From contig JALOAL010000001.1 of the NCBI GenBank assembly GCA_023228825.1, positions 188,816 through 252,815 of the forward strand: a stretch of DNA of 64,000 bases, in the 5' to 3' direction. The notes under the pieces were generated by a model. The model worked only from the letters and a program-made list of their open reading frames with translations, ran no database searches and was not told the DNA's origin. Of this stretch, positions 25,953 to 37,856 are shown one piece after another. The stretch is from Dehalococcoidia bacterium. GTDB taxonomy: Bacteria > Chloroflexota > Dehalococcoidia > UBA2979. A program made the position numbers and the translations under genes. The number at the start of each line of letters is the position of its first letter. Positions within the stretch are counted from its first letter, which is position 1.

Positions 25953-26474
25953 CTATTCCTCTGCGGGGTCGTACTCCACGACGATGTCGCCCTTCTCCAC
26001 GCGGTCGCCCAGGACGGCGGAGACGCGGGTGACGGTGCCGGCCACGGGGGCCTGCACCTCGTTCTGCATCTTCATCGCCTCGACCACCACGAGCGTCTGG
26101 CGCGCCTCGAAGGTGTCGCCCTCCTTGACGCGCACGTCCACCACCACGCCGGCGAGCGGCGCGGAGACCTTGCCCGGCGGGTCGCCCATGCCGCTGGCGG
26201 CGCCGCGGCCGCGCCCGGCCGAGCCCACGGGGCCAAGGATGAACACGCGCCCGTCCACGAGCACGCGCAGGGCCTTGCCCTCGCGCGTGACGTACGCCTG
26301 GGACGGCACGCCATCACGGATGATGGAGAAGAGCCCCGGCACACCGGACGTGGTGGCGTCCACCTCGAACGGCTCGCCGCCGTCGATGCGGACGGTGAGG
26401 ACGCCCTGTGTGGACTCGTCTACCTGGACGGCGTGGTTGACGCCGTCTACCTGGAAGCGCTGCCGCGTCGCCAT
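25953..26474 (-). CDS. Biotin-carboxyl-carrier-domain protein (AccB-like). The biotinyl domain carries EAMKM.
   Basis: The C-terminal biotin attachment motif VVVEAMKMQNEV is present. The N-terminal 100 aa are unrelated. Confidence 0.7.
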   Translation of the reverse strand: MATRQRFQVDGVNHAVQVDESTQGVLTVRIDGGEPFEVDATTSGVPGLFSIIRDGVPSQAYVTREGKALRVLVDGRVFILGPVGSAGRGRGAASGMGDPPGKVSAPLAGVVVDVRVKEGDTFEARQTLVVVEAMKMQNEVQAPVAGTVTRVSAVLGDRVEKGDIVVEYDPAEE

Positions 26475-28003
26475 CCGGCGGTCCCTCCTTCAATGCGAAT
26501 GCCTCGTCGGGCCATGCTGCGGGCGGACTTCACCCAGCGGGTGAGCCCGGCGGGGCGTGCGCCTCCATCTGCGGAGACGCCTTGGACGAGGCCTGCCGCC
26601 AGCCCGCCGGCCGTCAGCGCCACCTCCAGCCGTGGGTCGTCCTCTGGCAGGGCGGGCATGGTGAAGTTCGACTCCAGCCAGGAGGTGTAGATGTCGCCGC
26701 TGCGGAAGTCCGGGTGATCCATCAACTCCAGGTGGAACGCCTGGTTGGTCATGGGGCCGGAGACGATCAGGTCCTTCAGGGCGCGCTTCATGCGTTCAAT
26801 GGCGCGCTCGCGGTCCTCCGCCCACACGATCAATTTGCCCAGCAGCGAGTCGTAGAAGACGGGGATGTCCAAGCCCTCGAACAGCATGGTGTCAAAGCGG
26901 ACGCCGGGTCCGGCGGGCGCCCGCAGGAAGTCGACCAGGCCCAGGGAGGGGATGAAGTTGTTGAACGGATCCTCGCCGTTGATGCGGCACTCGATCGCCC
27001 AGCCCACCGGGTCCAGGGGGGCGTCCGGGTCCGGCACCGGCTCGCCGGCGGCCACGCGCAACTGCATGGCCACCAGGTCCACGCCGCCGTAGACCAGTTC
27101 TGACACGGGGTGCTCCACCTGCAGCCGTGCGTTGACCTCCAGGAAGTAGAAGTTGCCGTCCTGGTCCATCAGGAACTCGACGGTGCCGGCGTTGCGGTAG
27201 CCGCAGGACTTGGCGGCCGCGATGGCGGCGTCGCACAGCCGCTGGCGGACTTCCGGGGTCACCGCGACGGAGGGCGCCTCCTCCACCAGTTTCTGATTGC
27301 GGCGCTGCACGGAGCACTCGCGCTCGCCGAAGGCGCGCACGTTGCCGTGGGCGTCCGCGATGATCTGCACCTCGATGTGGCGGGCGGGGGAGACGTACTT
27401 CTCCAGGAAGATCGTGGCGTCCTTGAACGAGGTGGCGGCCTCCGCGGCGGAGGCGCGCATGGAGTTCTCCAGTTCGTCCGCAGACTGCACCAGGCGGATG
27501 CCGCGACCGCCGCCGCCGGAGGACGCCTTCACGAGCAGCGGGAAGCCGATGCGCTCCGCCTCGCGGTGCGCGGTCTCCATGTCGTCCAGGGCGATGTCGT
27601 TGGCGCCGGGCACGATGGGGACGCCGGCCTCCTCCATCAGGCGGCGGCCGGAGATCTTGCCGCCCAGCGCCCGCATGGCCTCCGCCGGCGGGCCGATGAA
27701 GGTGATGCCCGCGGCCACGCAGGCCTCCACGAACTCCGGGTTTTCCGAGAGGAAGCCATAGCCGGGATGGATGGCGTCCGCACCCGTGTCCCTGGCCGCC
27801 TGGATGATCTTCTCGATCACCAGGTAGGACTCGCCGGAGGGGCCGGGGCCAATGCACACGGCGCGGTCCGCGTTGCGCACGTGGAGGGCGTTGCGGTCCG
27901 CCTCTGAGTAGACGGCGACCGTCTCAATGCCCATCTCGCGGCAGGTGCGCTGCACGCGGAGGGCGATCTCGCCTCGGTTCGCGATCAATACTCGCTTGAA
28001 CAT
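26447..28003 (-). CDS. accC: Biotin carboxylase subunit (AccC-type) with an approximately 60-aa C-terminal extension
   Basis: The N-terminus MFKRVLIANRGEIALRV is canonical and the ATP-grasp domain is present. It overlaps the downstream BCCP gene by 28 nt. Confidence 0.85.
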   Translation of the reverse strand: MFKRVLIANRGEIALRVQRTCREMGIETVAVYSEADRNALHVRNADRAVCIGPGPSGESYLVIEKIIQAARDTGADAIHPGYGFLSENPEFVEACVAAGITFIGPPAEAMRALGGKISGRRLMEEAGVPIVPGANDIALDDMETAHREAERIGFPLLVKASSGGGGRGIRLVQSADELENSMRASAAEAATSFKDATIFLEKYVSPARHIEVQIIADAHGNVRAFGERECSVQRRNQKLVEEAPSVAVTPEVRQRLCDAAIAAAKSCGYRNAGTVEFLMDQDGNFYFLEVNARLQVEHPVSELVYGGVDLVAMQLRVAAGEPVPDPDAPLDPVGWAIECRINGEDPFNNFIPSLGLVDFLRAPAGPGVRFDTMLFEGLDIPVFYDSLLGKLIVWAEDRERAIERMKRALKDLIVSGPMTNQAFHLELMDHPDFRSGDIYTSWLESNFTMPALPEDDPRLEVALTAGGLAAGLVQGVSADGGARPAGLTRWVKSARSMARRGIRIEGGTAGWRRGSASR

Positions 28004-28151
28004 GCGCTTCCCGTCCGCTGGAGTGCTTGCGCCTGCCGCTGAGCGGTCGCTCTGGAACCCGGCAGGCCGCTGGTCAGACTGTCATGCAGCATGGCAGGCG
28101 GCAAGGCCCGCCGTGCCCGCCTCGACGCGTCACAGGACGGTACGAGGGACA

Positions 28152-28178
28152 GGCGACGAGGGGCTCCGGGAGCCCCTC
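28152..28178 (-). terminator. Perfect 12-bp stem hairpin (GACGAGGGGCTCC gg GAGCCCCTCGTC) downstream of the lipoprotein gene
   Basis: The hairpin is seen directly. Confidence 0.5.
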
Positions 28179-28277
28179 GTCAGCATCGCAGTCAATACAC
28201 CAGCCGGGACGGTGGGGTTCCGCCACCACCGGGAGCCGGCGGCGCCGGGACGCCGCAGGACCGGTGGTGGGCTGCGC

Positions 28278-28847
28278 CTACTCGGGGTCGGTGATCGTGT
28301 GGATCTGCCAGCCCAGCGTCTCGTCCTTCGTCAATTCCAGCGTGCGCACGTTGTCGTTGCTCACCTGTTCCTGGAACCCGGCGACGTCGCCAAAGCCGAT
28401 GAGCCCGAGGGCGGCGAGTTCGGCGGCCGCTCCAGGGGTGTAGTTCAGCGTCACCGTGACCGTGGCCTCCGTGTCGCTCGTGGCAATGCTCTCGGTGATC
28501 TCGAAGGCCGGGTCGCCGTCCGGCGGGAAGGGCATGCCGACGATCTCGTTGAAGACCTTCTCCAGCGGCTCTTCCGTCTGGCTGCCGCCTACCTTCGCGC
28601 TCGCCACCCGCTCGCCGAGCGCGCCCCCCAGGTAGCGCCGCGTCTGCGAGGCGGCGATGGTGTCGCGTGCGGGCCCTGATCCGCGTACCCACCCGTTGAT
28701 GAACCCCGCGACGGATTCCTCCACTTCCGCGCCCCCGCGCCGGAACTGGTTCACGCCGCCTTCGTCCTCGCTCCCGCATGCGGCAAGTAATCCAAGAGCG
28801 CCTACCGCCATGACGCCCATCATTGCCCAGGCTCGTGCATGCCTCAT
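28278..28847 (-). CDS. Lipoprotein of unknown function (signal peptide plus lipobox LLAAC)
   Basis: It starts MRHARAWAMMGVMAVGALGLLAACGS with a GGGGGAA Shine-Dalgarno. The tracked ORF 28278..29354 overextends upstream. Confidence 0.55.
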   Translation of the reverse strand: MRHARAWAMMGVMAVGALGLLAACGSEDEGGVNQFRRGGAEVEESVAGFINGWVRGSGPARDTIAASQTRRYLGGALGERVASAKVGGSQTEEPLEKVFNEIVGMPFPPDGDPAFEITESIATSDTEATVTVTLNYTPGAAAELAALGLIGFGDVAGFQEQVSNDNVRTLELTKDETLGWQIHTITDPE

Positions 28848-29035
28848 GGATTCCCCCTCTGTATTGAACGTGCCCGCGAGAATGCGCCGGACTGTAGCGC
28901 GTTCTTTTCCGGATCGCACTATGACGTACGGGGGAGAGAAGCGCCGCCATCTTTGGTCCCAACATGACGGGACTTTGTGCGGCGCTCCCCGGTTCGAGGC
29001 CCTGTGGTTGCCCTCCGTCCGAGCCCCTCCCAGGC

Positions 29036-30889
29036 CTATCGGGCCTGCACGGAGCGGCTGTCGCGCTCGTCCACCATGCGGTCGGAGATCTGGAAGAGGG
29101 GCATGGCGCCCAGGTCGTCGCCGGTGCGGTCGCGGACGGAAGCGGCCTCCGCCTCCTCCTCGCGGTCGCCCACCACCAGCATGTAGGGCACCTTCTGCAA
29201 CTGGGCCTTGCGGATCTTGGCCCCCATGCGGTCGGCGCCCTCGTCCACCTCCACGCGCAGGCCACGCTCGCGCAGCCGCGATCGCACTCGCTGGGCGTAG
29301 TCCACGTGGCGGTCGGCAATGGGGATGACCACTGCCTGCACGGGCGCCAGCCACAGCGGGAAGTGCCCGCCCGTGTGCTCGATGTAGACGCCCAGGAAGC
29401 GCTCCAGCGATCCCAGCACCGCGCGGTGCAGCATCAGCGGCCGGTGCTCCTGGCCGTCTTCGCCCACATAGGTGAGGTCGAAGGAGGCGGGCATGGACAT
29501 GTCCACCTGCACCGTGCCCAGTTGCCAGGAGCGGCCGATGGCGTCCTTGAAGTGGAACTCCAACTTCGGTCCGTAGAAGGCGCCTTCCCCGGGTGAGAGG
29601 GTGAAGGTCTTGCCGGCGTTGGTGACCGCCTCCCCCAGCAGGCGCTCCGCTTCCACCCAGTCCCCCGGGTCGCCCGCGAACTTCTCGGGACGCGTGCCCA
29701 GCCGGATCTCCGGCGCGCCCAGGCCCAGTTCGTCATAGACGCGTTCGATGAACGTGAAGACGCCGAAGACCTCGGACTCGAACTGCTCCGGGGTGCAGAA
29801 GATGTGGGCGTCGTCCTGGGCAAAGGAGCGCACGCGGGTGAGTCCGTGCAGCACGCCGGAGCGTTCGTTGCGATGGAGGCGCGTGAACTCAGCCAGGCGC
29901 AGGGGCAACTCGCGGTAGGAGTGGTGGCCGCTGGCGAAGTAGTGGCAGTGGCCGGGGCAGTTCATCGGCTTGACGCCGATCTCCTCGCCGTCTTCCGCGT
30001 CGCCCGTGGTGAAGAGGAACATGTCCTCGCCAAAGTTCTGGTAGTGGCCGGAGGTCTTCCAGAGGTCCGCGCCGAACAACTGGGGCGTGATCACCTCGCG
30101 GTAGCCATAGACCTCGTACAACTCGCGGATGTAGTCCACCAGGCCGTTGTAGAGGACCGTGCCCTTTGGGTGCCAGAACGGCGATCCGGGCGCAATGGGG
30201 TCCAGGTGGAACAGGTCCAGTTCCCGGCCCAGGCGGCGGTGGTCACGCTTCTCCGCCTCCTCCCGCAGTTCGAGGTAGGCGGCCAGTTCCTGCTTGTTGG
30301 GGAAGAGCAGGCCGTAGACGCGTTGGAGCATGGGGTTCTTCTCGTCGCCGCGCCAGTAGGCGCCGGCCACGCGGTCGAGTTTGAACGCGCCCAGTTGCCC
30401 CGTGGTCTCCGTGTGTCCACCACGACAGAGGTCCTGGAAGTCACCGTGGCGGAAGTAGCCCACCGTGTCTTCCTCGATGCCCTCGATCAGTTCGAGTTTG
30501 TAGGGCTGGTCGCGGAAGATCTCGCGCGCCCGCTCCTTCGCGATCTGCTCACCGTGGATGGGCAGGTTGCGCTTCACTGACTCCCGCATGCGCTTCTCCA
30601 GCGCCACCAGGTCGTCCGGGGTCAGCGTCCGAGGCAGGTCGAAGTCGTAGTAGAAACCGTTGTCCACCGGCGGGCCAATGGCGTACTTCCCCTCCGGGAA
30701 CATCTCCAGCACCGCCTCCGCCAGGACGTGGGCGGCGGAGTGACGCTGGCGGAACAGGCGCTCCTCCGGGGGCAGGTCCTTGAAACGGACGTCCTCGCCA
30801 TGTCCGGGCTCTGGTTGTCCGGGCTCTGGGCGTCCGGGCTCTGGGTGTCCGGCGTCTCCGGGGCGTGCGGACGGATCGTGCTCAACCAT
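29036..30889 (-). CDS. thrS: Threonine--tRNA ligase. It lacks the N-terminal TGS domain and instead carries a PEPGx repeat.
   Basis: The editing-domain HSAAH motif, the class II catalytic core and the anticodon-binding domain are present. The start is at MVEHD (30889). Confidence 0.85.
   Translation of the reverse strand: MVEHDPSARPGDAGHPEPGRPEPGQPEPGHGEDVRFKDLPPEERLFRQRHSAAHVLAEAVLEMFPEGKYAIGPPVDNGFYYDFDLPRTLTPDDLVALEKRMRESVKRNLPIHGEQIAKERAREIFRDQPYKLELIEGIEEDTVGYFRHGDFQDLCRGGHTETTGQLGAFKLDRVAGAYWRGDEKNPMLQRVYGLLFPNKQELAAYLELREEAEKRDHRRLGRELDLFHLDPIAPGSPFWHPKGTVLYNGLVDYIRELYEVYGYREVITPQLFGADLWKTSGHYQNFGEDMFLFTTGDAEDGEEIGVKPMNCPGHCHYFASGHHSYRELPLRLAEFTRLHRNERSGVLHGLTRVRSFAQDDAHIFCTPEQFESEVFGVFTFIERVYDELGLGAPEIRLGTRPEKFAGDPGDWVEAERLLGEAVTNAGKTFTLSPGEGAFYGPKLEFHFKDAIGRSWQLGTVQVDMSMPASFDLTYVGEDGQEHRPLMLHRAVLGSLERFLGVYIEHTGGHFPLWLAPVQAVVIPIADRHVDYAQRVRSRLRERGLRVEVDEGADRMGAKIRKAQLQKVPYMLVVGDREEEAEAASVRDRTGDDLGAMPLFQISDRMVDERDSRSVQAR
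30802..30859. repeat. 15-bp in-frame tandem repeat (gtccgggctctgg[gt][ct]) in about 3.5 copies, encoding (PEPGx)n at the ThrS N-terminus
   Basis: The repeat is read directly on the plus strand. Confidence 0.8.
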
Positions 30890-30922
30890 CGGGCGGTCTC
30901 CTCGTCGGCCACTGCGGCCGTG

Positions 30923-31140
30923 CCACAAACACACATGCGCCTCTGTCCCGACGGGACGCGAGGCGCATGCACGCGTGGTTCCACCCGACTTTCCTCGCGC
31001 GCACGGCAGTGACGCGGCGCGAGGCTCGTTGGCCCGGTAACGGGGGCAATCCGCCGCGGGTTCGCCCGCGGGCTCAGGGGTGGTGCCGTCTGTCCGGCCC
31101 GCTTCGGGACTCTCAGCACCTCACCGCGGCGGCTGCCTCG
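30923..31140 (-). promoter_or_regulatory. Putative T-box riboswitch leader of thrS
   Basis: On the minus strand the order is a T-box-like GGGUGGAACCACGCG (plus 30972-30986), a terminator hairpin CAUGCGCCU…AGGCGCAUG (plus 30934-30969), UGUGUUUGUGG, then the thrS ATG about 35 nt downstream. An upstream stem region contains a GAACC (Thr ACC) candidate specifier. Confidence 0.5.
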
Positions 31141-31689
31141 ATGCGGATCCCGTTCTCTGCGAGCGGCCCAGGCAGGGCGTGTCCCCGTCTGCGCTCGATC
31201 TCTCGCGCCGCCCGGCCCCACGGCCGGCGGCACGGCTGCGATCACTGTACGTCAACAGTCCGACGCGCGCTGCGGTGAACGCCACGGCCGAAGCGCACGC
31301 ATCGAGGCTGGCGCCAGGTGACGGACCCCGCGCGGCCCGAGCCGTCGCCGCCCCAGATCGAGGGCGGGACGCCTCATATACGTAACATTATTTCGAGGTC
31401 TTTTACGCGGCCGTGGTGTCGAGGTGTGGGCGCTGGCGTCGGAGGCAGCGGGGAGATTTCAGGAGCGGCGGGCCGGCCCCCCGGTCGCCCTCGGCGTCCC
31501 GGCCGACGGGATCGAGACGGGGCTCGAGGTGCACGCGGGAGACGAGGCGGAGGCGACGGACGCGGGCTGGAGAGGCCTCGTTGCGTTCGTTCGAGAGGGG
31601 AGGTCCGGGGGACGGGCGTGGGGAGGTACCGACGGGGCGCTCCCTCGCAAACGCCAGTGCCTGCAATGGTTTTGCGAGGCGGCGACCGG

Positions 31690-31766
31690 GTGAGGGAATG
31701 GTGGGCGGTACTGGATTCGAACCAGTGACCTCAGCGATGTCAACGCTGCGCTCTAACCAACTGAGC
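31690..31766 (-). tRNA. tRNA-Val (anticodon GAC)
   Basis: I folded a cloverleaf by eye: acceptor GGGTGGT/ACCGCCC, D-arm GCTC…GAGC, anticodon stem CAGCG with loop TTGACAT, T-arm ACTGG TTCGAAT CCAGT, and an encoded CCA. Confidence 0.8.
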
Positions 31767-31822
31767 TAACCACCCACGCTGAAACTCGGTCCCGGCCGGC
31801 GGCGCCGGCAGCGAAGAAGGGA

Positions 31823-31851
31823 CGGAGGCTGACGCTATGGTACCCTGTGGT
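31823..31851 (-). promoter_or_regulatory. Sigma-70-like promoter for tRNA-Val (-35 TTGACG, 17-nt spacer, -10 TAGCGT)
   Basis: The elements are read on the minus strand about 55 nt upstream of the tRNA. Confidence 0.45.
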
Positions 31852-31968
31852 GACCGTCAACGGCAGGCCTTGCAGCCACCCTTCGATGCGAGATTCAGGC
31901 CTGCCGTGCGGTGCACGGGCACTGTCCGCCAGCAGCCGGTGAGACGGGTTGACGGTCGGTCAGATTCG

Positions 31969-31997
31969 TTGACACGCCAAAACCTCACTGCTACGTT
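31969..31997 (+). promoter_or_regulatory. Sigma-70-like promoter for tRNA-Lys/tRNA-Leu (-35 TTGACA, 17-nt spacer, -10 TACGTT)
   Basis: The elements lie 12 nt upstream of tRNA-Lys. A second TTGAC sits 18 nt further upstream. Confidence 0.55.
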
Positions 31998-32009
31998 CCT
32001 GCCGAGTTC

Positions 32010-32084
32010 GGGCCTCTAGCTCAATGGTAGAGCAGCTGACTCTTAATCAGCCGGTTCAGGGTTCGAATCCCTGGGGGCTCACCA
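32010..32084 (+). tRNA. tRNA-Lys (anticodon CTT)
   Basis: The cloverleaf has acceptor GGGCCTC, D-arm GCTC AATGGTA GAGC, anticodon stem GCTGA with loop CTCTTAA, T-arm CAGGG TTCGAAT CCCTG, and a CCA end. Confidence 0.8.
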
Positions 32085-32132
32085 CTCGACTCATCCGCGG
32101 CGGGGAAATCGCGGGTAGGGGCCGTTCCGCGC

Positions 32133-32217
32133 GGGGAAGTGTCGGAACTGGCAGACGAGCGTGACTTAGGATCACGTGCCGCAAGGCGTAGGAGTTCGAG
32201 TCTCCTCTTCCCCACCA
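32133..32217 (+). tRNA. tRNA-Leu (anticodon TAG), class II with a long variable arm
   Basis: The acceptor is GGGGAAG/CTTCCCC, the anticodon stem CGTGA with loop CTTAGGA, the variable arm is long, the T-arm is GGAGT TCGAGTC TCCTC, and CCA is encoded. Confidence 0.75.
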
Positions 32218-32286
32218 CGGCTCACTCGTGAGCCGGCGAACAGGTCACGTGGAAGGCGCCGGCCTAGAACCGACGCGGAGGGGTCC

Positions 32287-33306
<1,020 letters not shown>

Positions 33307-33323
33307 AGCCCGGAGGATCCCCC

Positions 33324-34352
33324 ATGACCATCCAGACGCAGACCCAGAGCAGCAAGGCGTACGAGAGCACCGTCAAGCACGGTGAGACGCTCGTGGACGT
33401 CCAGGGCCTGAAGATGTACTTCCCGGTCACCGCCGGGCTGTTCATCCAGCGCAAGGTGGCGGACGTCCGAGCCGTGGACGGCCTGGACTTCAAGGTCACC
33501 AAGGGCGAGACCCTGGGCCTGGTGGGTGAGTCCGGTTGTGGCAAGTCCACCACCGGGCGGGCCCTGCTGCAGTTGTACCGCCCCACGGCCGGCACGGTGA
33601 ACTTTGGTGGGACGGAACTCACCAAACTGAAGGGCACCGAACTCCGCCGCTTCCGCCGGCGCATGCAGATGATCTTCCAGGACCCGTTCTCGTCCCTGAA
33701 CCCGCGCATGAGCGTGGGCCAGATCATCGGCGAGCCGCTCGCCATCCACGGCCTGTACAAGGGCGCGGAGCGTCGCGAGCGCATCCAGTACATCCTCCAG
33801 GCCGTGGGCCTGAACCCCACGTTCGCCCGCCGCTACCCGCACGAGTTCTCGGGCGGCCAGCGGCAGCGCATCGGCATCGGCCGGGCGCTGGCGGTGGAGC
33901 CCGAGTTCATCGTCTGCGACGAGCCGGTGTCCGCGCTGGACGTGTCCATCCAGGCGCAGGTCATCAACCTGCTGGAGGACCTGCAGGGCCAGTTCGGCCT
34001 GACCTACCTGTTCATCGCCCACGACCTGGCAGTCGTCCGGCACATCTCTGACCGGGTGGCGGTGATGTACCTGGGCCGCATGATGGAACTGGCCGACCGC
34101 AACGAGTTGTACGAGAACCCGCTGCACCCCTACACCAAGGCCCTCCTCTCCGCGGTGCCGATCACGGACCCGGAACTGGAGCGCAAGCGTGAGCGCATCA
34201 TCCTGACCGGTGACGTGCCCTCGCCGCTGCGGCCGCCTCCGGGCTGCGTGTTCAACACCCGCTGCCCGATCGCCGTGGACGAGTGCCGAGAGCGCGTCCC
34301 GGAGTGGCGGGAGATGGCGCCGAACCACTTCGTCGCCTGCCACCGCGTCTAG
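33324..34352 (+). CDS. Oligopeptide/dipeptide ABC transporter ATP-binding protein (OppF/DppF-like)
   Basis: Walker A is GESGCGKST and the signature is FSGGQRQR. The Shine-Dalgarno is GGAGGAT. Confidence 0.85.
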   Translation: MTIQTQTQSSKAYESTVKHGETLVDVQGLKMYFPVTAGLFIQRKVADVRAVDGLDFKVTKGETLGLVGESGCGKSTTGRALLQLYRPTAGTVNFGGTELTKLKGTELRRFRRRMQMIFQDPFSSLNPRMSVGQIIGEPLAIHGLYKGAERRERIQYILQAVGLNPTFARRYPHEFSGGQRQRIGIGRALAVEPEFIVCDEPVSALDVSIQAQVINLLEDLQGQFGLTYLFIAHDLAVVRHISDRVAVMYLGRMMELADRNELYENPLHPYTKALLSAVPITDPELERKRERIILTGDVPSPLRPPPGCVFNTRCPIAVDECRERVPEWREMAPNHFVACHRV

Positions 34353-34375
34353 CCGCGCGGCTGTCCGAGGCTCTA

Positions 34376-34412
34376 TCGAGAGGCCCCGCGCGAGCGGGGC
34401 CTCTCTGTTTCC
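34376..34412 (+). terminator. Rho-independent terminator after oppF
   Basis: The hairpin GAGAGGCCCCGC gcga GCGGGGCCTCTC is followed by TGTTTCC. Confidence 0.7.
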
Positions 34413-34524
34413 GGGGCCGGTCTCGGAGTTTCCGGCGCCAGTCTCGGACGCCACGTCCGGACGGACGGGCGCCCTCGGGCGCTGCGCCTCGCCGCATACG
34501 CCGCCGTCCACGTAGGATGGGGAC

Positions 34525-36345
<1,821 letters not shown>

Positions 36346-36521
36346 CCGAAGGTCGCCTGTAGGCGCGCACGAAGACGTCACCGACACGCTCGGCCATCCT
36401 CACCGCATCATGATGGAGATCGGCTACCCCGAAGGCTTCCCGGGGCCGTTCAGGCGATAGGCCGTTTCGACGCTTCGTCAGTGTGCGATACAGTGCGGCG
36501 GGGGTCACGGAGGGGCCGGGT

Positions 36522-37715
36522 ATGTCGTTGCAGGTCGTCCAACCTCGGATACGCGGGTTCATCTCGCTCAGCGCTCACCCGGACGGCTGTGCGGCCAACG
36601 TGCGTGAACAGGTGGAGGTGATCGAGCGCGCGCGCCTGGAGGGCTCGCTCGGCACCGTGCTCGTCATCGGTTCCACCACCGGCTACGGACTCGCGAGCGC
36701 CCTCGTGGCCTGCTTCGGGTACGGGGCGAAGACGCTGGGCGTGGGCTTCGAGAAGGCGCCGGAGGGCGGCAAGACCGGTACGGCGGGCTGGTACAACGCG
36801 GCCGAGGCCTCCCGCCTGGCGGCGGAACAGGGCCGCACCTACTGCACCATCAACGGCGACGCCTTCTCGGACGAGGTGAAGCGCGAGGTCGTGGACGCCC
36901 TGCGCGCCATGGGCCCGGCCGACACGGTGATCTACTCGCTCGCCGCGCCCCGACGCCGTGATCCGGACGGCACGGTGTGGAACTCAGCCCTCAAGCCCAT
37001 CGGCGAGGCCTACCACGGCCGGGCCTTCGACCTGCGCAACGAGACCGTGACCGAGGCCTCTATTGAGGCTGCCACGCCTGAGGAGATCGAGGCGACGGTG
37101 AAGGTCATGGGCGGCGAGGACTGGCTCGCCTGGATGCGCCTGCTCTCGGACGAGGGCCTGATCGCGCCCGGCGCCCGGGCGATCGCTTACTCCTACATCG
37201 GGCCGGAGGTCTCGGCGCCGATCTACCGCCGTGGCACCATTGGCAAGGCGAAGGAGCACCTGGAGCAGACGGCGCCAGAGGTGGACGCGCTGATGCGCGC
37301 ACACGGCGGCGCGGCGTGGGTGAGCGTGAACAAAAGCGTGGTGACGCAGGCGTCCAGCGCCATCCCCGCGGTACCCCTCTATATGTCGGTGGCCTTCAGG
37401 GTGATGAAGGCGCAGGGGGTGCATGAGGGCGTGATCGAGCAGATCGTGCGCCTGTTCAAGGACCACGCCGGCCCGGGCCGAGAGCCCGCCACGGACGAGC
37501 AGGGTCGCATCCGCCTGGACGACCGCGAGATGGCGGACTCGGTGCAGACGGTGGTGGCGGAGTCCTGGGACCGCATCAGCACGGAGACCATGTCCGAACT
37601 GGCGGACTGGGACGGCTACAAGCGCGACTTTCAGAAACTCTTCGGTTTCGGCGTGGACGGCATCGACTACGACCAGCCGAGCGAGGTGGACCGCCCGCTC
37701 AACGCCGGCGCCTGA
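36522..37715 (+). CDS. fabV: Trans-2-enoyl-CoA/ACP reductase (FabV/TER family)
   Basis: The N-terminus MSLQVVQPRIRGFISLSAHPDGC… is diagnostic of the FabV/TER family. My hand coordinates are ±2 nt here, because my base indexing disagreed with the ORF track by 2 nt in this stretch. Confidence 0.8.
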   Translation: MSLQVVQPRIRGFISLSAHPDGCAANVREQVEVIERARLEGSLGTVLVIGSTTGYGLASALVACFGYGAKTLGVGFEKAPEGGKTGTAGWYNAAEASRLAAEQGRTYCTINGDAFSDEVKREVVDALRAMGPADTVIYSLAAPRRRDPDGTVWNSALKPIGEAYHGRAFDLRNETVTEASIEAATPEEIEATVKVMGGEDWLAWMRLLSDEGLIAPGARAIAYSYIGPEVSAPIYRRGTIGKAKEHLEQTAPEVDALMRAHGGAAWVSVNKSVVTQASSAIPAVPLYMSVAFRVMKAQGVHEGVIEQIVRLFKDHAGPGREPATDEQGRIRLDDREMADSVQTVVAESWDRISTETMSELADWDGYKRDFQKLFGFGVDGIDYDQPSEVDRPLNAGA

Positions 37716-37806
37716 CGGACGGACGCGCCGAGGCGGCGCGGTCCTGCCTCGGGGTGGCGCCCGCCTGACCCTGCTGACCCTGCTGACCCGAACGCCTTCG
37801 GTGGGC

Positions 37807-37826
37807 GGGCGCAGCACGCTGCGCCC
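37807..37826. repeat. REP-like palindromic hairpin GGGCGCAGCACGCTGCGCCC (copy 2)
   Basis: It is identical to the 20-mer at 8226-8245. It lies between convergent fabV and the 459-aa ORF. Confidence 0.8.
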
Positions 37827-37856
37827 CTGCGGGGGCCGGATGGCGGAGGTCCGCCG

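Noticed and set aside
26447-26560. Frameshift fusing accC and the BCCP gene into one acyl-CoA carboxylase alpha subunit
   Set aside because: The BCCP frame has an in-frame TGA only 5 codons upstream of its ATG, and no single frame runs through the junction. I kept them as separate genes and noted the odd extension as a low-interest finding.
31078-31095. T-box-like AGGGGTGGTGCC on the plus strand
   Set aside because: Nothing plausible is regulated on the plus strand there. It is the complement of part of the thrS leader on the minus strand, where a better T-box/terminator arrangement exists.
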